DNA of 21,028 nt from Octopus sinensis. Lineage: Eukaryota. The notes beneath the pieces are model-generated. The model had not been told where the DNA came from, did not search any database, and saw only the letters and a program-made list of their open reading frames with translations. The stretch lies in the NCBI RefSeq assembly GCF_006345805.1, contig NW_021823741.1, forward strand, positions 1-21,028, in the 5' to 3' direction. Below, piece after piece: positions 10,720 through 19,590 of this stretch. The first letter of the stretch is position 1, and every line of letters starts with the position of its first letter. The translations under genes and the position numbers were made by a program.

Positions 10720-11120
10720 ATATATGTGCACTCACATATACACAATTATGGTGCATGTATACACGAGTGTAAGTATGTAGGTACGTATATATGTATATAT
10801 ATATGTATACATAAACAGGAATTATAAAAAACTCATAAGCATGTACTTGTAAGCAAGAATGTGTGTGTGTGTGTACATGTAGTGTGTGTATACATACACG
10901 AATTATATATTCATACATGTATATATGTATATATCTATACATATATGTGTGTGTGTATGTGCGTGAGCATGTATAGATACGTATATGCGTGTGTGTACAT
11001 GTATATATATATGTGTGTTTATACGTATATGTGTATGTGTATTTGTGTGCATGCGTGTGAATAGAAATAGAGGGGAATAAAAGAGAGTGAGACTGTGTAT
11101 GTGTGTGTATGTCTGTATGT
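10720..11120. repeat. Degenerate TA/TG/CA microsatellite mosaic
   Basis: Directly visible. Confidence 0.9.
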
Positions 11121-11371
11121 TTTTTATAAATTAATTTTTTTTCTGTCGCTTTTGTTGTTGTTGTTGTTTATTACTACATCGGGGAACGGAATGGCTGGGG
11201 AGAGGAATTCTATATCTTAGGCAGACAGTAGAAATGAGAGAAACTACGACGTTAATGCCTTTGCATAGAACATTAAAGATGGCGCATCAACAAGGTTTCT
11301 GCGTGGCTATACGACCTGCAAAAATAACCACATTTCTCCTCCATCTTAAATATAAAGGTAGGATACGGCGT

Positions 11372-11501
11372 AGGCGCAGGCGTGGCTGTGTGGTAAGAAA
11401 TTTGCTTCACAACCAAACGGTTCTGGGTTCAGCCCCACTGTGTGGTACCTTGGGCAAGTGTCTTCTGCAATAGCATCGGGCTGACTAAATCCTTGTGAAA
11501 C

Positions 11502-11503
<2 letters not shown>
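11372..11503 (+). mobile_element. SINE family A, 5' half
   Basis: aggcgcaggcgtggctgtgtggtaag...ggttcagccccactg...ccttgggcaagtgtcttct runs into (TA)n at 11505-11562. Confidence 0.88.
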
Positions 11504-11563
<60 letters not shown>

Positions 11564-11889
11564 ATCAGTATATGACTTAAATTATTAAACAAAGTTAAAC
11601 AAATTTATTTATATTAATGAAATGAAGGAAATTGGATGTTAAAATGGAGTTTAGTTTTTATTTTCATATTCCTATACAGTTGTTTCTCGCAAATATAACA
11701 AGATATTCAATTTGCTAAAGATATAAATTTGATGAATTTTGTTTAATAAGTTACATCATATACTGATTATTTCTAAACAAGCTTTCATACCTATACGACT
11801 TTTAAAAAAATTCTAAAGTAAAGTATCAGAAATCAAAGGAAAAAATTCCAATTAAAAGATGAACATACATTCATCCGACAATATATATA

Positions 11890-12110
11890 ACGGAAGGTTT
11901 ACGAAAATAAACAAAAGACGAAGGCAGGTTTACGAAAATAGACAAAAGACGAAGGCAGGTGGAGTACAAACAAATAATGTATTAGTATGGCGCTCAGGAA
12001 TAGAAATAAAACAAGTCTTTTACGTTTCGAGCCTACGCTCTTCGACAGGAAGATACACAGAAAAGAAACAAGGAGAGAAAAAAAATTGCGTGTAGGGGCT
12101 AACGATCCAA
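11890..12110 (-). mobile_element. ~190-nt Penelope-pLTR-like element, copy 2, with a 31-bp internal tandem duplication
   Basis: Reverse complement of 5714-5903 with few substitutions. The unit AGGTTTACGAAAATA(A/G)ACAAAAGACGAAGGC is present twice. Confidence 0.6.
12016..12053 (-). ncRNA. Hammerhead-like motif, copy 2
   Basis: Minus strand reads UCUUC CUGUCGA A GAGC GUAG GCUC GAAAC GUA AAAGA. The core is the same non-canonical one, and the stem I closing pair is a C-A mismatch. Confidence 0.4.
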
Positions 12111-12598
12111 CATGGATTCATATAAAATAGAGTGTACATTTAAACACATTAAGAGGTATCCATCATAGGACTTCCTTATGCCAGAAGGAACAACTAAAGT
12201 TCAAACCACTAATTAGGGATAAAATGTCGAAGGGGATGAAAAATAAAAACATTTACCATCTATTTCCTGGACCATGGTTTCAGACTTTTTTAGCAAATAA
12301 AATAATTTGCTAGGCGAAGTCTTCGTCAACAGATACGCCAAGATTAAACATGATACATATACATATATAATCCAAATACTAAGAGGACAAAGAAATTTTT
12401 TTAACACATCTTTAATGATTCGTTACAGTTGTTGCTGTACCAATTCTGCTTGCAAAGCCAGTTTACACAAAAATTCGAAGTGAAAATTTATGTAATATTT
12501 GCGGTTTTTGTCATTACAGTGGCATTTCATCAGACTTGCATCAAAGGTATTTTTTCACATTCTGCATCTTCCAGATTTTGATATACATATATAAATAC

Positions 12599-12602
12599 GT
12601 GT

Positions 12603-12663
<61 letters not shown>

Positions 12664-12710
12664 TGTGTGTGTGAGTATGTATACATATATGTATGAATGT
12701 GTGTGTGCTT
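12599..12710. repeat. (TG)n microsatellite
   Basis: Directly visible. Confidence 0.95.
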
Positions 12711-12924
12711 TTGTGTCGTGTTTGTCGTCCACCACCGCTTAACAACCGGTGTTGCTGTGTTTACGCCCCCGTAAATTAGCGGCTTGGCAAAAGGATCCGA
12801 TAAAATAAATATCAGGCTTTAAAAAGAGCTACTGGGATCAATTCATTCGACTAAAATCCCTTCGGGTGGTGCCCCAGCATGGCTGCAGTCTAATGGCTGA
12901 AACAAGTTAAAGAGAAAAGATAAA
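12697..12924 (+). mobile_element. SINE family A, diverged 3' half
   Basis: ccaccaccgcttaacaaccggtgttg...gtgccccagcatggctgcagtctaatggctgaaacaagttaaagagaaaag matches the family A tail. Confidence 0.8.
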
Positions 12925-13164
12925 GGGCTGCAAGGATCTGATCATTGGTTCATTGGATCAGGCCTGACCTTTGGTTGAATCACATCATCATCATGAACAG
13001 CAACAATAACATTAAGAATGGGAACTGAAGGAAAAAGAGGTTAGACATGCGACGCCCGAGAAAAAATCATTTTACGGTTTCGATCCATCAAGAATGTATC
13101 TTTATAGTTAAATGGCCATCATCAGATTGAACAACACGAAACTGAAACATTGCTTCATCTTGGC

Positions 13165-13175
13165 TAGTAGTAGTA

Positions 13176-13213
<38 letters not shown>

Positions 13214-13230
13214 ATAGTTGTTGTTGTTGT
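13165..13230. repeat. (TAG)n followed by (TTG)n
   Basis: Directly visible. Confidence 0.95.
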
Positions 13231-13591
13231 TTAGCGTTGATCCAACTGGCCAAGGATCAAAAACAGCCCATCCATGACCATTCTCTCGTCTTGCTCATAT
13301 AAGATTATATTGTCCCATGTATTCCTTTTTTTTCTTTTTCCTGCTTATTTTTTTCTCTAAAGATGGTATAGTGTGATTCGTAAAAGATTTGGTTGCTATT
13401 TCTAGCATGCCACATGACTGCCTCCCTAAATCGAATTGAAGGATGTTTTTGATGTCTTTATTCATGAAAGAAATGCAAATCTAACATGAGATATCTTGAT
13501 CTGCGAATAATTAAGGAAGATTAAAGAGTGAAATCATTTACATAACATAGTATAATGTGTTACTAAACGTGGCGACAAATAAGTCATTATT

Positions 13592-13980
13592 CTTTTCTAC
13601 TGAATGTACAAGGTCCGAAATTTTGGGGGAAGGGACCAGTCGATTAGATCGATCTATCGTCGATCAATCTAATCGACCGCAGTACGCAACTGGTACTTAA
13701 TTTATCGACCCTGAAAGGATGAACAGCAAAGAACATAAAGACAGACGAAATACCACTAAGCATTTTGCCCGTGCTAACGTTTCTTATTTCTTTATTGCCC
13801 GCAAGGGGACAAACAAGAGCAGACAAACGGATTAAGTCGATTATATCGACCCCACTGCGTAACTGGTACTTAATTTATCGACCCCGAAAGGATGAAAAGC
13901 AAAGTCGACCTCGGCAGAATTTGAACTCAGAACACAAAGACAGACGAAATATCACTAAGCATTTTACCCGTGCTAACGTT
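13592..13980 (-). mobile_element. SINE family B dimer (X unit 13784-13980 + Y unit 13592-13783)
   Basis: Two head-to-tail units share ctggtacttaatttatcgaccc(c/t)gaaaggatgaa. The X unit has the aaggggacaaac tail and the Y unit the gaaattttgggg...cttttctac tail. The Y unit lacks the B-box segment. Confidence 0.88.
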
Positions 13981-13996
13981 TTAATAAAAATTAAAG

Positions 13997-14179
13997 ATGG
14001 TGACGGCTGCAACACCTTTTGTAGGAGATATAACAGAAGCTTCGGATGCACCAGAGCTGATAGAATATGGGGCGGAGAGAACGCTATCAGTGCACGATGT
14101 GGTAGAGGAGCAATCTGGCGGAAAATTTCTGAAGCAATTGGTAGCAGACGGATGGAACCCGAAAATACCCAAAATTTGA
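13997..14179 (+). CDS. Unassigned 60-aa ORF / possible coding exon remnant
   Basis: Non-repetitive and more GC-rich than its flanks. 27 of 60 codons begin with G (V/A/D/E/G), and the start context is AAAG-ATG-G. An alternative acceptor ccttttgtag ends at 14024. No family recognised. Confidence 0.3.
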   Translation: MVTAATPFVGDITEASDAPELIEYGAERTLSVHDVVEEQSGGKFLKQLVADGWNPKIPKI

Positions 14180-14906
14180 TAACGAATTTCCCCTAAAGAC
14201 ACTATCATGATAAGCCTAAGGTAAAAATATATTTCAGTACGTTAGGGACTTGAGTTTATAGGTATGTATTTGTATATGTACGTTGATGTGGAGGGTAAGT
14301 GTGTATGTGTGTATGTGTGTATATGTATAGTTATTCATACAGATAGGTAAACAGACGTGTGTTTACGAGTGTGTATGTAATAAGATAGGTGTGCGTTTAT
14401 GTGTGTGAATGTGTGTATGCAGGAACGCACTGAAAATTAAGGAAATAATTTAATTATTTTCAGATGAGCTTAATTCAGGTGTACGTTGAATCTGGAGGAA
14501 GTAGAGAAAGAGAGAAAGAGAAAGAGAGTGGAAAGAAAGAACTGTGGAGAGAAAAGGGAAGGAAGAGAAGGATAAAACAAAAATGCAAAAATCATTTGCT
14601 GTTACAGTTGTTGTTGTTGACGTTGGTAATTTCATATTAATTAACGTTTTTTGTAATTAATTTTATAATTTACTATTTAAAGGACCAAAACAAAAATCAG
14701 GGCGTAATACCGTTGCTAGCACATGAAATTTCGATTGAAGATGAATAAATGTTGTACTAGGAGTATACGGATATACGGTAGTTTACCAACACGATTTCAA
14801 TTTCATCTTAAGCATTTTCACTTTAATTACTTCGTAGCCAATCACAACCATTTTCAAGACCCTGGAGTAGAATAGGGTCTTTTTCTCAGAATGGCTTGCT
14901 CTAAAA

Positions 14907-15060
14907 CAATGGTTCTAAACCGGGGCTCATATGGCCCTTGTGGATCCATATAAGAATTTGTTAAAATTTATCTCCAATAGATAGGTTATACTTCTACAAT
15001 ACACAAAATATTTTAATAATTATGTTTGTACTATTTCTAATAATAATATTTAATTATCTT
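14907..15060 (+). mobile_element. hAT-type terminal sequence / MITE 5' part
   Basis: CAATGGTTCTAAACCGGGG resembles the hAT (Charlie/SPIN-type) TIR CAGTGGTTCTCAACC. No partner TIR found in the window. Confidence 0.45.
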
Positions 15061-16235
15061 ACAAATAATAAAACGCAATGTCTTGTTAACTTAGCTAACT
15101 TAAGTTTTGACCTTTTTTTGCTCCAGGCCATGTCTAACTTTAAAGCACCGCCTGGAATAGTCTTTTAAATCATTTTTTATGACATCATAGTCCTATTTAG
15201 TAAGGTGTTGTCTACCGAGATGAGCTCGAGTTTCAATGGTTTGTTTGTCTGGCATTTCATGAAGGAATTTGTTCAGATACTGTTTGAGCGCTAGGGACAT
15301 TTTTCTTCAGTGATTGTTTTTCGGAATAATGCTGAAGAAGGTAGAATCAATTAAGGTAAAGAAACAGTTCTATCGTAAAGTTTTTCTAGGAGTGTACGGC
15401 CCTGGGGCCAAGCTCTGGGTGACGTATACTGAGTTTATTAAAGAAGCGGTTTTAAGTCTCCACTATTTTTATTTGAAGATTTTTCATAATAGAGACATTA
15501 TTAGAGTGTGTCAATGAGTTAGCAATAAGCAGAAATGCTGTTAACGATGACGGTTATGCAAATGAAGGCTAACATAGGAAATCAAATTCAAGAATACTTA
15601 AAATCTTGTAACGTTTCCTGTAATTCTCTTAATGTGACAACGGATATTAAATTATCAGTTCGATTAGTTATTATTGCAACATATTTTCACGGAGATTCTT
15701 TTCAAAACGAGTTAAATTAAAGCATTTGCCTCCAAACATTCCAGGATACGGTGGTTGTGTTGTTGAAAGATTTGTTTAAAATAATTTCGTTCGCGATTGA
15801 TGTTACCCCTAATATGCTAGGCCAGAGTATTGGAATATTGATTTGGCGGGAGCTATTTACAGAACTTGTTGAGCATCCTCTTGTTTCTTTCCACTGTATT
15901 ACATATAAGGAGATATTGTGTACAAAACTAAGCTTTAAGGATTTCTGTTATATACTAAGAGATAAAGACTGCCAATTTGAAAGCCATCAGGAATTGGCGT
16001 GAGCGACAATTTAATTTACTATTAAATTAAGTCGAATCACTTAAAAATAAATCAGAACTGAATTAAAAATAAATATTGTACTAGTAATTTGAGAATAAAC
16101 ATTCAGACTCTGAACTTTGAAGTGCAAGATTGAATTTCCGAAAATGTTAGTACTCCTGAAATTCTTGCAAAAGCACTCTTAATCATTTTCTCATCAAGGC
16201 AGTCGTGTGTAACGAATATGTTAGCTCTAAATAAT

Positions 16236-16448
16236 CTTTTCTACTTTAGGCACAAGGCCCGAAATTTTTGGGGAGGGACCAGTCGATTAGATCGACCCCA
16301 GTATGCAACTGGTACTTAATTTATCGACCCTGAAAGAATGAAAGGCAAAGTCGACCTCGGAGGAATTTGAACTTAGAACGTAAAGACAGACGAAATACTG
16401 CTAAGCATTTCGCCCGGTGTGCTAACGTTTCTGCCAGATCGCCGCCTT
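16236..16448 (-). mobile_element. SINE family B, full-length monomer with Y-type tail
   Basis: Minus strand runs aaggcggcgatctggcagaaacgttagcac (A-box-like) ... ctaagttcaaattcc (B-box-like) ... to the tail cctaaagtagaaaag. Confidence 0.92.
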
Positions 16449-16464
16449 TGGAGTAGCTAATATT

Positions 16465-16864
16465 CTTTTCTACTCTAGGCACGAGGCCCGAAATTTTGGG
16501 GGAGAGGGCCAGTCGATTAGATCGACCCCAGTACGCAACTGATACTTAACTTATCGACCCCGAAAGGATGAAAAGTAAAGTTGACCGCGGAAGAATTTGA
16601 ACTCAGAAATATAAAGGCAGACGGAATATCTATATTTCTTTACTACCCACAAGGGGCTAAACACAGAGAGGACAAACAACGACAGACAAATGAATTAGGT
16701 CGATTATATCTACCCCAGTACGCAACTGGTACTTAATTTATCGACCCCGAAAGGATAAGAGTCAAAGTCGACCGCGGCGGAATTTGATCTCAGAACGTAA
16801 CGGCAGACGAAATACTGCTAAGCATTTCGCCCGGCGCGCTAACGTTTCTGTCAACTCGCCGCCC
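16465..16864 (-). mobile_element. SINE family B dimer (full X unit + 5'-truncated Y unit) with 16-bp TSD
   Basis: Flanked by TGGAGTAGCTAATATT (16449-16464) and TGGAGTAGCGAATATT (16865-16880). The unit junction is at ~16630. Confidence 0.88.
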
Positions 16865-17122
16865 TGGAGTAGCGAATATTGCAACAATATTTTACAGGGA
16901 ACCAAAATGGATGATAACTTTAGTGCTGCCTGTGTAACATTAAATGTACAATTTAAATCTCGCTCATAATGAGACTCCTTTTTAAATTTCAACAATAAAA
17001 ACTACTGATCTCAAGCTAACTTAATCTTCTTTAGTTAATACCCTAGTTTTAAAAGTATTTTATGAAATTTAAAATATAATTTCAAATTATATTTTACATA
17101 AACTTCGTGTTTCGTATATTTC

Positions 17123-17212
<90 letters not shown>
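17123..17212. repeat. (GATA)n microsatellite
   Basis: Perfect run of about 22 units. Confidence 0.97.
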
Positions 17213-17238
17213 TATAAATGTATAATTTATAGGACAGT

Positions 17239-17795
17239 TTACTCAAAGTAACGATCTTCAGCTTCTATCGCGACCTCAAAACAGTGCTGGAACCTAGCGA
17301 ATGCCGTCCGCACTGTCCTTGGGAAGATCTTCGACCACCTCTTTGATCTTGACCATCCGCTCATCCTTGGTCTTGCAGGTAGAGAAGTTGGTGTCTTTCT
17401 CAACCGCGTCCCATACATGTTAATCCATAGGATTACAATTGGGAGAATTTGGAGGCAAGAAATTGGTGTTGGTGAAGTAAAAATTCTTCGATAGCCACTT
17501 CCGACACTTTCTGAGAGTATGTCAAGCAGCCGAATTTTGCCACCACACATTTGGCCTTCCAGCAGCAACCCTCTTCTGCCACGGGGTTGATAACAGTCTT
17601 CATCAGCTCCACATAGCCTAAATCTTTGTTGAAAGATGTGGTCTCTGTTACAGCTAACCATGCCACGTCTTATAGCCATTGCAGTGTTCACATGTCATTG
17701 AGTAGCAGTCATGATATCGGCATTTTAATACTTGATGCAAATCATCAAAACACAGGTAACCCTTTCCAATATTCTGATGGCTTCACGCCCTCCAT
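17239..17795 (-). pseudogene. Internally deleted Tc1/mariner transposase, maT/DD37D-like
   Basis: Minus frames give HIFQQRFRL, YVELMKTVINP and W..RVAAGRPNVWWQNSAA*H (WQQDSAP.H-like). They continue PPNSPNCNPMD*HVWDAVEK (SPDxNPxDYxVW-like) and end ARFQHCFEVAIEAEDRYFE*. There are 36 residues between the last two catalytic positions, consistent with D37D minus one codon. An N-terminal-like piece lies at 17795-17641. Confidence 0.82.
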
Positions 17796-18035
17796 GTCAG
17801 CTGATTTGTTCTAACCTACAACTTTATTCTTCATGCTCTCCAACTCCGTTGACTATTCACCAATACACCAAGATATTCTTGCAAAAAGGATCCATACTGT
17901 CTTTCTAGTGGATATTTGCAGCATAAAGTGGAATTGTACTAGTGGAGGATTGAAGCCGTATCGCTATGTCGATTTTCTCAGAACAAATCGTTCATGGCAA
18001 ACAGTCTATTGTTCTGGAATGCAGACGGTGAATAC

Positions 18036-18268
18036 TCTTTTACCCTTTTACTTGTTTCAGTCATTTGACTGCGGCTATGCAGGAGCACTGCCTTTAGTAA
18101 TGCAAATCGACCCTAGGACTTATTCTTTGTAAGCTTAGTACTTATTCTATCGGTCTCTTTTGCCGAACCGTTAAGTTACGAGGACGTAAACCCACCAGCA
18201 TCAGTTGTCAAGCGATGTTGGGGGGACAAACACAGACACACAAATACACACACACACACCACACACAC

Positions 18269-18300
<32 letters not shown>
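18036..18300 (-). mobile_element. SINE family A, 3' half (outer element, left part)
   Basis: cttgtttcagtcatttgactgcggctatgc...gttgtcaagcgatgttgggggacaaacacagac followed by (CA)/(TA)n. Confidence 0.9.
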
Positions 18301-18306
<6 letters not shown>

Positions 18307-18505
18307 CATATTAGGGAATAAATCCAAACTTATAGGGAAAAATTAGATTTAGGATTAAATCCAATTTTATAGTATAAATATATTATATTATATTATATTA
18401 TATTAGAGATAAAGCCACTATTAGGCAAATCAAACAGTGAAAAACATAAGCCAATACAAAATTAATTTTAAAATATAAAAGTTAAAAATTTAAAAATTAT
18501 TTAAA
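18307..18505. repeat. Unclassified AT-rich insert with an (ATATT)n run
   Basis: Lies inside the SINE's (TA)n and carries an internal repeat TAAATCCAA x2. It resembles an abundant octopus repeat from memory, class uncertain (possibly Penelope-associated). Confidence 0.35.
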
Positions 18506-18507
18506 TA

Positions 18508-18858
18508 CAGGAGGAGTGGCTGTGTGGTAAGTAGATTGTTTACCAACCACATGGTTCCGGGTTCAGTCCCACTGCGTGGCACCTTGGGCAAGTGTCTTCT
18601 ACTGTAGCCTCGGGCCGACTAAAGCCTTGTGAGTGGATTTGGTAGACGGAAACTGAAAGAAGCCTGTCGTATATATGTATATATATGTGTTTGTGTGTCT
18701 GTGTTTGTCCCCCTAGCATTGCATGACAACCGATGCTGGTGTGTTTATGTCCCCGTTACCTAGCGGTTCGGCAAAAGAGACCGATGAATAAGTACTGGGC
18801 TTACAAAAGAATAAGTTCGCCGGGGTCGAGTTGCTCGATTAAAGGCGGTGTCTCCAGC

Positions 18859-18860
<2 letters not shown>
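18508..18860 (+). mobile_element. SINE family A, near full length (inner element)
   Basis: ggagtggctgtgtggtaag (A-box-like), ggttcagtccc (B-box-like), ccttgggcaagtgtcttc, central microsatellite; ends at ctccagcat. Confidence 0.92.
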
Positions 18861-18900
<40 letters not shown>

Positions 18901-18908
18901 TATATACG

Positions 18909-19083
18909 GACGGGCTTTTTCAATTTCGTCGTCTACTAAATCTACTCACAAGGCTTTGGTCGTGCCCGAAGCCTATAGTAGAAGTCACTTGCCCCAATTG
19001 CCACGCAGTGAGAATGAACCCGGAACCATGTGTTTGTAAGCATGTGGTTGGTAACCATGTGGTTGGTAAGCACTCCTGTGCCT
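18909..19083 (-). mobile_element. SINE family A, 5' half (outer element, right part)
   Basis: gacgggc...ctactcacaaggctttggtc...gaacccggaaccatgtg...cactcctgtgcct. Confidence 0.85.
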
Positions 19084-19179
19084 ATATAATGTGCGTTGTT
19101 GTAATGGAGAATGGAGGTGGGTATTATGGAATTGCACATATAATGTGGTAGGTTGTGATGTCAGAGAAACACATGGAAG

Positions 19180-19325
19180 TAATCTTCATCATCGACATCG
19201 TCGTCATCGTCGTCGTCGTGACGCCACCTTCGTTGTCACCATTATGATTATCATACTCATCCTTAACGTCTTCACCGCTATCGTCGTCGAACGTCGTCGG
19301 CTTCGCCATCTTTATGATCGTCACT
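19180..19325. repeat. Cryptic (CAT/CGT)n trinucleotide low-complexity tract
   Basis: Degenerate catcgtcgtcat pattern. Confidence 0.75.
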
Positions 19326-19476
19326 GATTTCATTCGTGGCTTGGTTACTACTTCTTTGATGAACGAAAGACAAAAACAGCGAAGTAGAATGAAAGAATGA
19401 TTGAAGGAAATGAAATAAACAAGGAAGGAAGGAAGGAAGGAAGTTGGTGGAAAATGAGAAAAGAGCAGAAATGCGA

Positions 19477-19590
19477 GAAGAAGAAGAAGAAGAAGAAGAA
19501 GAAGAAGAAGAAGAAGAAGAAGAAGAAGAAGAAGAAGAAGAAGAAGAAGAAGAAGAAGAAGAAGAAGAAGAAGAAGAAGAAGAAGAAGAA
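19477..19590. repeat. Perfect (GAA)n
   Basis: 114 bp, 38 units. Confidence 0.98.

Larger units (their letters stand above)
15330..17010 (+). pseudogene. Decayed hAT transposase (SPIN/GTF2IRD2-like), interrupted by SINEs at 16236-16864
   Basis: Motifs occur in the expected order across frameshifts. They are EFIKEAVL, LFEDF, ELAISRNAV, SLNVTTD (first catalytic D region), IISFAIDVTPNMLG (TTDGAPxMxG-like) and FHCITYKEILCTK (FHCIIHQEALCAK-like). C-terminal dimerisation-domain remnants follow: ILAKALLIIFSS before the SINEs and KMDDNFSAACVTLNV after them. Confidence 0.78.

Noticed and set aside
14464-14625. AG...GT-bounded 162-nt open frame MSLIQVYVESGGSREREKEK...
   Set aside because: The openness is explained by purine-rich and GTT low-complexity sequence.
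14836-14881. CCAAT box AGCCAATCA and an 8-bp hairpin AAGACCCT/AGGGTCTT
   Set aside because: Motifs this short are expected by chance in 21 kb, and no TSS evidence is available.
16236-16864. Regularly recurring ~200-bp units with a conserved palindromic core, superficially CRISPR- or array-like
   Set aside because: The units are whole SINE copies with Pol III boxes and a TSD; there are no constant-length unique spacers and no cas genes.
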